A stretch of 64,000 nucleotides of DNA. Origin: an uncultured bacterium. Its GTDB lineage: Bacteria; Oederibacteriota; PGYV01; CAWJRG01. Positions 31,564 through 40,630 of this stretch are shown piece by piece. How positions within the stretch are numbered: the first letter of the stretch is position 1; each line of letters opens with the position of its first letter. The notes under the pieces were generated by a model. The model saw only the letters and a program-made list of their open reading frames with translations. It did no database searches and was not told the origin of the DNA. Where the stretch lies: assembly GCA_963845185.1 (NCBI GenBank), contig CAWJRG010000009.1:160001-224000 (forward strand). The letters run 5' to 3'. The translations under genes and the position numbers were made by a program.

Positions 31564-33327
31564 GTGGCAAAAATTCAGGTTTTGCCGGAAAATGTGGCAA
31601 ACCAGATAGCGGCAGGCGAGGTAATAACAAGGCCTGCTTCCTGCGTTAAGGAACTGCTGGAAAACGCAATTGACGCGGGCGCGTCAAGCATATCGATAAA
31701 AATAGAAAATGCCGGGAAAAAACTGATAGAAGTGAAAGACAACGGCGAAGGCATGTCGGGCGAAGACGCGAAAAAAGCTTTTCTGCGCCACGCAACAAGC
31801 AAGATAAAAAGCATAGAAGACCTGAATTACATAGAAACCCTGGGTTTCAGGGGCGAGGCGCTGGCTTCAATCGCGGCGGTGTCATGGGTTGAGCTGCTCA
31901 CGAGGGACAGCAATGATGACACTGGCATATACCTGGAAATGAAAGCCGGCCAGGTAAAAAAAACCGAAGAAAGAGCCACTAATACGGGAACAATAATCAA
32001 AGTAAGGGATTTATTTTACAATACGCCTGCCAGGCTGAAATTTTTAAAATCAAACTACACCGAAGAAACCCACATAATAGACATGGTCACGGCAGAGGGG
32101 TTCGCGCGCGATAATGTATCCATAAATTTACAGATTGACTCGAAAGAGACAATATTTTTCCCGCAAAAAAGCTCGTTAAAGGACAGGATAAGGATTATAT
32201 ACGGCAGGGACATTTATGAATCGCTTGTCGGGATAAAAAATTTTTCCGACAACGTAAAAGTGTACGGGTACATAACGAAACCGGGGATAACAAAAAACAC
32301 AAGGAATTTCCAGTTTTTATTCGTAAACAGGCGCAGCGTCCAGAACAAAGCCGTAATGTACGCGATACACGAGGGCTACGGGACTTTCCTCATGAAAGGC
32401 AAATACCCGGTGGCCTTTATATTCGTGGACGTAAACCCTGCGCTTGTAGACGTGAACGTGCACCCTACCAAGGCTGAAGTCAAATTCAGGGATGAAAGGG
32501 CAGTATTCAACGCAGTAAAAAAAGCAATCGAAGACAGCCTCGCGTCTTCCGAGCTTGCACCACAGATAACAGCCCCCGGCGGTTTTGGCACGCGGCCCTC
32601 AGGGGACATGGTGGAGCAGGCAAAAAACTCGGTAAAGGATTCGATAAAGGAATTTTTTGTGTCCGAATCCAGCCCGCTTTTCAAGGAAAACAGGGCATAT
32701 GCATCCGGAGCGAAAGCGCCAAAAGTACTGCAGTCGGAAAAAAGGAAATTTTTATGGCTTAAGGCACTGGGCCAGGTGCATAAGACCTACCTTGTCGGAG
32801 AGGACGATGAAAACCTGGTTTTAATAGACCAGCACGCGGCCCACGAGAAAACCCTTTATGAAAAACTGTGGAAGGAAATAAACTCGGCGAAAGTTAAAAT
32901 CCAGAACATGCTCATACCAGATACGATTGAAGTCACGCCGGCTGAGGCTCTAATAATAAAAAATAACACGGATGTTTTCGAAAAGACCGGGTTTGTGGTG
33001 GAGCTTTTCGGCGAGAGGACATACAAGATTTCAGCGCATCCCGTCATGATAAAAGACAGGCCGCCTGCGGCTTTTGTAAAGGAAATGATTGAGCTTGTCA
33101 GGGAAAAGGGGAAAGTAAACAGGGAAGAACTTTTAAAGGAGCTGACATCGCGCATTGCCTGCAGGGCAGCGGTAAAGGCGGGCGATGAACTGAAATACGA
33201 GGAAATGGAAGCCCTGATTACGGAATATTTCGAGTCGGACGCGCCGTATTCGTGCCCGCACGGCAGGCCCGCCATGGTCAAAATATCCTTTGGGGAAATA
33301 GAGAAAATGTTCAAAAGGAAACTATAA
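31564..33327 (+). CDS. mutL: DNA mismatch repair endonuclease MutL
   Basis: NQIAAGEV, KELLENAIDAGA, GFRGEALASI, DVNVHPTK, DQHAAHEK, CPHGRP. Confidence 0.98.
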   Translation: MAKIQVLPENVANQIAAGEVITRPASCVKELLENAIDAGASSISIKIENAGKKLIEVKDNGEGMSGEDAKKAFLRHATSKIKSIEDLNYIETLGFRGEALASIAAVSWVELLTRDSNDDTGIYLEMKAGQVKKTEERATNTGTIIKVRDLFYNTPARLKFLKSNYTEETHIIDMVTAEGFARDNVSINLQIDSKETIFFPQKSSLKDRIRIIYGRDIYESLVGIKNFSDNVKVYGYITKPGITKNTRNFQFLFVNRRSVQNKAVMYAIHEGYGTFLMKGKYPVAFIFVDVNPALVDVNVHPTKAEVKFRDERAVFNAVKKAIEDSLASSELAPQITAPGGFGTRPSGDMVEQAKNSVKDSIKEFFVSESSPLFKENRAYASGAKAPKVLQSEKRKFLWLKALGQVHKTYLVGEDDENLVLIDQHAAHEKTLYEKLWKEINSAKVKIQNMLIPDTIEVTPAEALIIKNNTDVFEKTGFVVELFGERTYKISAHPVMIKDRPPAAFVKEMIELVREKGKVNREELLKELTSRIACRAAVKAGDELKYEEMEALITEYFESDAPYSCPHGRPAMVKISFGEIEKMFKRKL

Positions 33328-33370
33328 GGCGGGATAATAATAGACGCTATTAATTGATTATAAAAATATT

Positions 33371-33399
33371 GTAGAGACGACCCGGCGGGTCGTCTCTAC
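33371..33399. repeat. GTAG-type REP palindrome
   Basis: GTAGAGACGACCC-GGC-GGGTCGTCTCTAC, a perfect 13 bp inverted repeat. Confidence 0.85.
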
Positions 33400-33423
33400 G
33401 TTTAAAATAATACGGAGGTTTTA

Positions 33424-34392
33424 ATGTTTATCATAATTGCCGGGCCGACAGGCACGGGCAAATCACGGGTGGCAGTGGATCTTGCCAAAAGAATAAACGG
33501 CGAAGTAATATCAGCGGATTCCATGCAGGTTTATAAAGGCATGGATATAGGGACTTTTAAGATACAAAAAAGCGAAACAAAAGATGTCCCGCACTACATG
33601 ATAGACGTAGCAGAACCTGATGAGAATTTTTCCGCGGCAAGGTTCAAGAAAACAGCTGAAAAAATAATGGAAGGTGTAAAGGCAAAAGGAAAAATACCGA
33701 TTATCACCGGAGGCACAGGCCTTTACATAAACGCGGTAATCAGGGGGCTGTTTGAGGCAAAGGAACCGGATGAAAAATTAAAGGCCAAACTCAGGCAGGA
33801 GCTTGAGGAAAAAGGGCTGCAATATCTTGTGAATGAATTAAAAAAGCGGGACCCTGAAGCTTTACGGGCCTTGGATACCGGAAATCCAAGGAGGGTGCTA
33901 AGGGCACTCGGATTAGTACTTGTAAATGAAAAGAAAATTTCGGATTTAAAAAAAGAAACAGCTAAAACAGCTTATAATGACGAGTATCTGCTTTTTGTTC
34001 TTAATATCAAAAGGGGAGAACTTTATAAAAGAATAAATGCAAGGGTAGACGAAATGATAAAAGCAGGCCTTGTAAACGAGATAAAATCGCTGGTTTCGCA
34101 TGGGCCCGGCGCCGGTCAAACGTCAATGCAGGCCATAGGATACAAGGAAATCGCCGGTTACTTAAGCGGAAAAACAGGAATGGAAGAGGCAATTGACTTG
34201 ATAAAAAAAAATACACGGAATTACGCCAAACGCCAGATTACCTGGTTCAAACGATATAAAGAGGCAATATGGGTTGACGCGACTGATAAAAAAGTTTATG
34301 ATATAGTTGAAGAGATTATTAAAACAATTGCGAAATGGGAAAATCAAAAAGGAGATACCAGTGAAACGCATAATGCGCGTATTGTTAAATAA
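33424..34392 (+). CDS. miaA: tRNA dimethylallyltransferase
   Basis: GPTGTGKS, ISADSMQVYKGMDIGT, GGTGLY, QAIGYKE, YAKRQITWF; follows mutL. Confidence 0.97.
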   Translation: MFIIIAGPTGTGKSRVAVDLAKRINGEVISADSMQVYKGMDIGTFKIQKSETKDVPHYMIDVAEPDENFSAARFKKTAEKIMEGVKAKGKIPIITGGTGLYINAVIRGLFEAKEPDEKLKAKLRQELEEKGLQYLVNELKKRDPEALRALDTGNPRRVLRALGLVLVNEKKISDLKKETAKTAYNDEYLLFVLNIKRGELYKRINARVDEMIKAGLVNEIKSLVSHGPGAGQTSMQAIGYKEIAGYLSGKTGMEEAIDLIKKNTRNYAKRQITWFKRYKEAIWVDATDKKVYDIVEEIIKTIAKWENQKGDTSETHNARIVK

Positions 34393-35674
34393 CAGGAATT
34401 TTTTGCTGCTCTGGGGCGGGCAGATAGCAGAGCAGTTCGGAGACAGCCTTAATTTAATGGCCCTTATAGCTTTTGTGCTCGCACTGCCTTCCAAGCCGGG
34501 CATGCATTTGCACGCCACAAACATGTCCATATTAATGATGTGGCTTGGCATACCAATACTTTTTGTCGGGCCGTTTGCCGGTGTTTTTGTGGACAGGGTA
34601 AAAAGAAAAACCATACTGCTTTTGGCTGCGCTATCGAGGGGCACACTGGTTTTTATCATGTTCCTGCTAATCCATGACAAGGAAAACGCGCCTTTCGTTT
34701 ATATCCTTGTATTTTTAATATCGGTTGTCACGCAGTTTTTTATACCGGCAAAATCATCCTTTATACCAAAATTGGTGAAAAAGGGAGAACTGCTTATAGC
34801 CAACTCGCTGTCTGCCACAACGACCGTCATAGTGCAGATATTTAGCTACGCCATTGCAGGTATAATAATTTCCGAGATAGGCATCCGCAGGACTTTATTT
34901 ATCAATGTATGCACTTACATAATATCAGTTACCACGCTTTCGTTCATAAGGGTAAAAGAAACTTTAAAAGACGACGTAAAAATTCACGTCAAACAGGTTT
35001 TTAAGGAGCTTAAAGCAGGCATAAAATTTTTATTAAGCAGTGAAAAAATAAAATTCATGGTCAGGCGGGTTTTTATCCTGATGATTGCCATGGGATTTTT
35101 TTACGTATCTTTTACAAGCGAATTCCTGCATGTAATTCTCCAGAAAACAGGCATACAAATAAAGGATATTAAAGCACTGGGGTTCATGCAGGCATGCCTC
35201 GGGCTGGGGCTTGTCGCCGGAATATTCATAATAGAGCATGCTGTCAAAAGAATGAAGGAAGTCACGCTTATAAGGCTGCTTTTCCCGCTGACAGGGCTGG
35301 GTGTTACAATTCTTTATTTTACTGCCAATTACTATTATTTGCTTTTTTTAGCTTTTATGGCCGGCATAATGGGAGTAATGACTTTAAGCATAGCTGAGAC
35401 GTCCCTGCAAAAGAGCACGCCCGAAACCATGCGGGGCAGGGTATTCGCGGCTTATTATGTTTTAAGGAATTCCGGGCCTGTAATCGCGTCCGTATTAACC
35501 GGAATAATAGTAGGGTTTATCGACGAGGATATTATAGTGCTTGCCTCGGGCCTTGCGCTCATAGCCTACGGGCTTTTGAATTTCTTTATCCACGGCGGTC
35601 TGGCGAGATTAAGGACAAGAATCCAGATAAAACCGCAGAGAATCGATTTTTACGGCAAGACCACGAAAAAGTAA
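34361..35674 (+). CDS. MFS transporter (DHA3/macrolide-efflux-like)
   Basis: GTG after AAGGAG; GPFAGVFVDRVKRK motif A; about 12 TM; MRGRVF. Confidence 0.9.
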   Translation: MKRIMRVLLNNRNFLLLWGGQIAEQFGDSLNLMALIAFVLALPSKPGMHLHATNMSILMMWLGIPILFVGPFAGVFVDRVKRKTILLLAALSRGTLVFIMFLLIHDKENAPFVYILVFLISVVTQFFIPAKSSFIPKLVKKGELLIANSLSATTTVIVQIFSYAIAGIIISEIGIRRTLFINVCTYIISVTTLSFIRVKETLKDDVKIHVKQVFKELKAGIKFLLSSEKIKFMVRRVFILMIAMGFFYVSFTSEFLHVILQKTGIQIKDIKALGFMQACLGLGLVAGIFIIEHAVKRMKEVTLIRLLFPLTGLGVTILYFTANYYYLLFLAFMAGIMGVMTLSIAETSLQKSTPETMRGRVFAAYYVLRNSGPVIASVLTGIIVGFIDEDIIVLASGLALIAYGLLNFFIHGGLARLRTRIQIKPQRIDFYGKTTKK

Positions 35675-35690
35675 AAGCCGGGGTGCATTT

Positions 35691-36221
35691 TTGGGAGAAA
35701 TAAAAAAAACAAGCAAAGAAAAACTTGTTGCCGGCTTTATTTATAAAGACGCCAGTATATTTGAATCCGTGAAAAAAGAACTGATAAAGAAATACGGCAA
35801 CGCGGATTTTGAAAGCAGGGAACTCGATTTTACCTATACGGATTATTATAATGAAGAAATGGGGATGGAGCTAAAAAGGAAATTTTTAAGTTTTGACAAG
35901 CCTGTGTACCCGGGAAAACTGGCTGAAATAAAAATTTTCACGAACAAAATAGAAAGAAAATTTACGGATAATGCCGGGAAAAGAAAAATAAATATAGACC
36001 CGGGCCTGCTTTCGCCCGCCAACTTCATACTTGCCACCACAAAAAATTTCTCGCATAGGATTTACATAGGAAAGGGCATATACGCGGAAGTGACGCTCCA
36101 ATACAAGGATAAAAATTTTATCACACTGCCCTGGACATACCCCGACTACGCGAGCAACGAGTATATGGAAATTTTAAGAGATATCAGGAATAGGTACAAG
36201 GAACATATACAGATGAAGTAG
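35691..36221 (+). CDS. DUF4416 family protein
   Basis: TDYYNEEMG, INIDPG, LATTKNFSHRIYIGKGIYAEVTL, LPWTYPDY. Confidence 0.8.
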   Translation: MGEIKKTSKEKLVAGFIYKDASIFESVKKELIKKYGNADFESRELDFTYTDYYNEEMGMELKRKFLSFDKPVYPGKLAEIKIFTNKIERKFTDNAGKRKINIDPGLLSPANFILATTKNFSHRIYIGKGIYAEVTLQYKDKNFITLPWTYPDYASNEYMEILRDIRNRYKEHIQMK

Positions 36222-36245
36222 AGACACGCCATGGCGTGTCTCTAC
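36218..36245. repeat. GTAG-type REP palindrome overlapping the DUF4416 stop codon
   Basis: GTAGAGACACGCCATGGCGTGTCTCTAC, a perfect palindrome. Confidence 0.85.
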
Positions 36246-36280
36246 AATAAAAAATCAACAAGTGGTGTTAAAATTTTAAA

Positions 36281-37132
36281 ATGAATAGAATATTTTTTAG
36301 CCTTATACAGCTGATAATTTATCTGATAATTTCGATGAATACACTTTACGCCTTTAATATAAAGTGGACTCGCATACATAAAAAGATTTTCTATGCAAAA
36401 GTTAATGTGTACAGGGGCAATGAAATAATCGACCGTGTAAATATAATAAAGATTGCGCCCGACGGTTACACGTTCAGGCTGCTTGATATGCATGACAACA
36501 GCGGCAAAATGATTTTAAAAAACATAGAGAACTGGCAGGAGGCTTCGGGGGCGCTTGTTGTTTTTAACGGCAGTTATTATAATGAGGAATTCAAGCCTGC
36601 GACTGCAGTTGTAGCCGACGGAAAATCAAGAAACAATTTCGGGGAAGTAAAAAAAGGAGCGGTGTTCGTGGCTTCGCCCGGCAAAAAATCAGGCCTGCCC
36701 GAAGCGGATATAATCGATTTATACGGCAATCCGGTCAATATGAAAAGCTTACATTACATGACCGCGGTCCAGTCTTATCCTGTATTGCTTGATAAACAGG
36801 GCAGGATTCCTGTACTGAAGTCAGACTGGAGGGCAAACAGGACTGTCATTGCAAAGGACAAAGCGGGAAATATACTGCTTTTTGTGACCGAAGGCACGCA
36901 GAAATATTATTCTTTTACCCTATACGAGATGGCCGAATGGATTAAAAACTGCGAGCTGGACGTTAAAATGGCAGTAAATCTGGACGGCGGATATGAGTCG
37001 GAATTATGCATTAAAACCAATAATTTTGCCTATACCACTTACGGCCAGTGGGAATTAAACGAGAACGGGGATATTTCAAAACCCGGGATAAAAATGTGGC
37101 TGCCTTTTGCCATCGCCGTATTTCCAAAGTAA
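36281..37132 (+). CDS. Phosphodiester glycosidase (NAGPA-like) family exported protein
   Basis: VFNGSYY, RANRTVIA, AVNLDGGYES. Confidence 0.8.
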   Translation: MNRIFFSLIQLIIYLIISMNTLYAFNIKWTRIHKKIFYAKVNVYRGNEIIDRVNIIKIAPDGYTFRLLDMHDNSGKMILKNIENWQEASGALVVFNGSYYNEEFKPATAVVADGKSRNNFGEVKKGAVFVASPGKKSGLPEADIIDLYGNPVNMKSLHYMTAVQSYPVLLDKQGRIPVLKSDWRANRTVIAKDKAGNILLFVTEGTQKYYSFTLYEMAEWIKNCELDVKMAVNLDGGYESELCIKTNNFAYTTYGQWELNENGDISKPGIKMWLPFAIAVFPK

Positions 37133-37141
37133 AGTAACAAA

Positions 37142-37170
37142 TTGACATAAGATTAATTGTGTGGTAAGGT
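37142..37170 (+). promoter_or_regulatory. sigma70 promoter of the B12 operon
   Basis: TTGACA-17 bp-TAAGGT with extended TG, just upstream of the riboswitch. Confidence 0.6.
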
Positions 37171-37187
37171 GCAAATAAATAAACGTT

Positions 37188-37296
37188 TTTGCAGAGGAAA
37201 TCCCCGTGAGATTCGGGGCGCTGTTCCGCAACGGTAATCTCTGAAAAGGGTAGCCCGGGCTACTGCAAATAACGCAAAGTACCTTCGTGAAAAGGG
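37188..37296 (+). ncRNA. Cobalamin riboswitch (compact)
   Basis: Closing stem TTTGCAG/CTGCAAA, AGGAAA, P4 CCCCG-TGAGATT-CGGGG, CTGTTCCGCAACGGTAA, B12-box-like AGCCCGG..CTGC, P13 CCTT-CGTGAA-AAGG; upstream of btu/cob genes. Confidence 0.9.
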
Positions 37297-37316
37297 AAAA
37301 AGAACAAGACATTTTC

Positions 37317-37343
37317 CCCGGCGAAGGCCGGGTTTCTTATTTT
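37317..37343 (+). terminator. Intrinsic terminator (riboswitch expression platform)
   Basis: CCCGGC-GAAG-GCCGGG followed by TTTCTTATTTT. Confidence 0.75.
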
Positions 37344-37375
37344 ATAAGGTAGGATACTGAAAAACAATTTTACGG

Positions 37376-37471
37376 TGTCATTGCGAGAAGCGAAGCGACG
37401 AAGCAATCTAGTATGTAAAGGAAAGAACGAGATTGCCGCGCCCATAAAACAAAAGCGGGCTCGCAATGACA
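37376..37471. repeat. Palindromic repeat element (GTCATTGCGAG...CTCGCAATGAC type)
   Basis: 12 bp terminal inverted repeat TGTCATTGCGAG/CTCGCAATGACA with inner GCAATCT/AGATTGC stem. Confidence 0.75.
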
Positions 37472-37519
37472 AGTATATGATTTTTTCGTCGAACTAGAGG
37501 CAGGAGGATAGAAACATAT

Positions 37520-38128
37520 ATGAAGATATACCTTGTAAGGCATGGAGAGACAGACTGGAACACAAAGTTGTTGTACCAGGGGCATACAGACATTGGACTT
37601 AACAGCCTTGGTATAAGCCAGGCAAAATATATAGCAAAGGAATTAAAAGACAAAAAAATCCAGGCAATAATAAGCAGTGATTTAAGGCGTGCATATAAAA
37701 CTGCGGAAATAATAAAAAAAACCTGCAAATATAAAGGAATAATAATAAGAGACAGGCGGCTGCGCGAACGGTCTTACGGCGATCTGGAGGGTAAACTTTA
37801 TAATTTTTTTCAAAGGAGAAGAAAAAACTTTACCGGTGAAAAAGACGCGGTATTTTTTGCAAGGGTAAATGCATGTTTTAAGTCGATAATAAGGAAATAT
37901 AAAGGTAAAAATACGGCAATAATAACACACGGCGGGGTTGTAAGACAGATAGTTTCCTTTGTACTCGGGCTCAAGAACTATAAGAAAATCAGGATATACA
38001 ATGCTTCAATTTCGGAAATATTTTATAACGAGGAGAAAAAGGTGTTTTTTTTGCTGCTGTTAAACAGCGTCGCGCATCTGCCGAAAAAAGATAGGAACAG
38101 GACACAATATCATATAAAGGGCGTGTAG
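37520..38128 (+). CDS. Histidine phosphatase family, probable CobC-like alpha-ribazole phosphatase
   Basis: LVRHGETDWN, SSDLRRA, LRERSYG, THGG; first gene under the B12 riboswitch. Confidence 0.8.
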   Translation: MKIYLVRHGETDWNTKLLYQGHTDIGLNSLGISQAKYIAKELKDKKIQAIISSDLRRAYKTAEIIKKTCKYKGIIIRDRRLRERSYGDLEGKLYNFFQRRRKNFTGEKDAVFFARVNACFKSIIRKYKGKNTAIITHGGVVRQIVSFVLGLKNYKKIRIYNASISEIFYNEEKKVFFLLLLNSVAHLPKKDRNRTQYHIKGV

Positions 38129-38165
38129 GAAAGGAATGTGAGAGGTGCCATGTGCGACGTGAATT

Positions 38166-38223
38166 GTAGAGACGACCCGATGGGTCGTCTAAAGAAAGAG
38201 ACGTTACGACGCAACGTCTCTAC
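38166..38223. repeat. Pair of degenerate GTAG-type REP palindromes
   Basis: GTAGAGACGACCC-GAT-GGGTCGTCT and GAGACGTT..AACGTCTCTAC. Confidence 0.75.
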
Positions 38224-38241
38224 GTTATAAGGAAAAGAATA

Positions 38242-38769
38242 ATGGAAAAAGCCATAATACAGATATACACCGGTAACGGCAAAGGCAAGACAACAGCTGC
38301 GCTCGGACTGGCAATAAGGGCTGCAGGCGCAGGCCTGAATACTGTGTTTTTTCAGTTTTTAAAACAAGGTAATTTTGATTTTAGCGAAGAAAAAACATTA
38401 AAATGCGCGCAAAATATCAAAGTTGTAAGATTTGAAGAGAAGTCGCCTTTGCTGGATGGAAAAATAAATATTACTCAGCTAAAAAAGCAGGTTTCAAAAG
38501 ACGTTAAAGATGTATTCCGGGCAATTGACAGCAAGAAATTCGATGTGGTAATACTTGATGAGTTTACGCACATTATAAATCTTGGTCTTGTTAAAGAAAG
38601 TTATATTATCAATAAATTGAAAAACAAGCCCGAAAACGTTGAGATTGTAATTACCGGCAGGAACGCGGGCAAGAAACTTATTAAGCTGGCCGGGCTTGTG
38701 ACTGAAATGAAAGAAATCAAACACCCGTTTAAAAAAGGATTTAAGGCGAGAAAAGGCATAGATTTTTAA
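38242..38769 (+). CDS. cobO: Cob(I)alamin adenosyltransferase (CobO/BtuR)
   Basis: IYTGNGKGKTTAALGLAIRA, VILDE, VITGR, TEMKEIKHPF..G..ARKGIDF. Confidence 0.95.
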   Translation: MEKAIIQIYTGNGKGKTTAALGLAIRAAGAGLNTVFFQFLKQGNFDFSEEKTLKCAQNIKVVRFEEKSPLLDGKINITQLKKQVSKDVKDVFRAIDSKKFDVVILDEFTHIINLGLVKESYIINKLKNKPENVEIVITGRNAGKKLIKLAGLVTEMKEIKHPFKKGFKARKGIDF

Positions 38770-38789
38770 TTTACGGAAGGGAAGATAAT

Positions 38790-39665
38790 TTGAAAAATTT
38801 TAAGTTAATTATATTTTTTTTTATGATATCCGGATTGGCGGGCGTTGCTTTTGCGGAACCAATCGTTGACGATGTCGGCAGGACGGTGAATGTTAGTGTG
38901 CCTGTCAAGATCATAGTCAGCCTGTCACCGGCGCATACGGAAATAATATTTATGCTCGGGCAGCAGGATAAATTAAAGGCGGTTTCAGTGCAGTGCGATT
39001 TTCCGGAGGCAGCAAAAAAAATGGAAAAAGCCGGAACTTTTTTAAAGCCAGACCTTGAAAAAATAATAAGAATCAAGCCTGATGTCGTTATTTCAGGCGG
39101 CGGAATCCAGAAGCAAACCATATACGAACTGGATAAATTAAAAATACCGGTGATTGTCCTTTACCCGAGGAATATAAATGCAATAGCAGCGGACATGAGG
39201 GTTATAGGCAGGCTGACCGGCACGGAAAAAAAGGCAGGGCTAATGGCAGGGAAAATAGAAGCATTGAAACAAGCAAAGACAAAAACCAGAATTTTAAAGG
39301 TTTATATCGAACTATGGGGTTCCCCAGCAATGTCTACCGGCGGCGCATCCTGCATAAACGATATTGTGGAAACCGCAGGAGGCCTGAATATTTTTAAAGA
39401 CAGCGCGTCGGAATACCCGAAAGTCTCAAAAGAAGAAATAATAAAGAGGAACCCGGACGTGATAATACTGCTTTACGAGCCGGAAAAAGATTATTACCAG
39501 AGACAGTGGTTCGAGGCAGTTAATGCCGGAAAAAATAAAAACATTTTTGTCATCAGCGAAAAGGATTCAGATTTTTTCCTGAGGCCCGGCCCAAGAGTGG
39601 CTGAAGGAGTGAAAAAAATGAAGGAAATAATAGCTCAAGCGGGAAATTTTAAAAATGAAAAATAA
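38790..39665 (+). CDS. btuF: Cobalamin ABC transporter substrate-binding protein
   Basis: DDVGRTV, IVSLSPAHTEI, PDLEKII, RPGPR; B12 operon context. Confidence 0.85.
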   Translation: MKNFKLIIFFFMISGLAGVAFAEPIVDDVGRTVNVSVPVKIIVSLSPAHTEIIFMLGQQDKLKAVSVQCDFPEAAKKMEKAGTFLKPDLEKIIRIKPDVVISGGGIQKQTIYELDKLKIPVIVLYPRNINAIAADMRVIGRLTGTEKKAGLMAGKIEALKQAKTKTRILKVYIELWGSPAMSTGGASCINDIVETAGGLNIFKDSASEYPKVSKEEIIKRNPDVIILLYEPEKDYYQRQWFEAVNAGKNKNIFVISEKDSDFFLRPGPRVAEGVKKMKEIIAQAGNFKNEK

Positions 39666-40629
39666 GATATTATGGCTGTCAGCATCCTGCCTGCTGCTTT
39701 TTGCCTGCATGTTGACGGCATTAAAATTAGGCAGCGTGAATATCGGTTTTAAGGAAATATTCGGCATTATCGCAGGCAGGACGGGCGGAGCAGAGGATAA
39801 AATAATTATCACGGCAATAAGACTGCCGCGTATTATTTACGCCGTGCTTGTGGGCGGCATGCTGGGATTATCAGGAGCTATTTTACAGGCTGTCCTGAAG
39901 AATCCGCTTGCAGACCCGTTTGTAACAGGTATATCGTCAGGTTCGGCTTTCGGGGCGGTGCTGGGTATTATCGCGGGTTTTACATTCATAATGATTCCAA
40001 GCGTTGCACTGGGAATACTGACCATACTTGTTGTTTGCAGGCTTTCAATAATATACGGCAGGTTAAATATTACCTATCTTTTGCTGACCGGGGTTATGAT
40101 AGGTTCGCTTTTTTCCGGTTTAATAATGCTTTTATCAACCATATTTAACAGGGATTTAATGAAAGTAATGTTCTGGCTCATGGGTGATTTATCCGGTGCC
40201 GATGTTTCTGTTTTAAAATACGCGGTTATATTTGCGCTTATTGCATTTGCCGGTGCAATGTATTTTGCCAATGACCTGAATATACTCTCAACAGGCGAAG
40301 AAGAGGCTGGTACTGTCGGTGTAAATGTGGAGCTTGTAAAAACAATTTATTTTATAATAGCCAGTTTGCTTACAGGCATTTCTGTTTCCTTAAGCGGCGT
40401 CATAGGTTTTGTGGGACTGGTCATACCGCATATAATGAGGATATTTATAGGGAGCGATATGAGGTGGCTGATGCCTGCTTCTTTTGTTGCCGGAGGGATA
40501 TTTTTGCTTTTGGCAGATACAATAGCAAGGACAATTTTTTTGCCGGCGGAAATACCTGTAGGCATAATAACAGGGCTTATCGGCGCGCCGGTTTTCATCT
40601 TTATACTGCTAGCCAAAAGGGGAGTATGA
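39655..40629 (+). CDS. btuC: Cobalamin ABC transporter permease (FecCD family)
   Basis: IRLPRI, NPLADP, GVIGFVGLVIPH, EIPVGIITGLIGAP. Confidence 0.85.
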   Translation: MKNKILWLSASCLLLFACMLTALKLGSVNIGFKEIFGIIAGRTGGAEDKIIITAIRLPRIIYAVLVGGMLGLSGAILQAVLKNPLADPFVTGISSGSAFGAVLGIIAGFTFIMIPSVALGILTILVVCRLSIIYGRLNITYLLLTGVMIGSLFSGLIMLLSTIFNRDLMKVMFWLMGDLSGADVSVLKYAVIFALIAFAGAMYFANDLNILSTGEEEAGTVGVNVELVKTIYFIIASLLTGISVSLSGVIGFVGLVIPHIMRIFIGSDMRWLMPASFVAGGIFLLLADTIARTIFLPAEIPVGIITGLIGAPVFIFILLAKRGV

Positions 40630-40630
40630 C

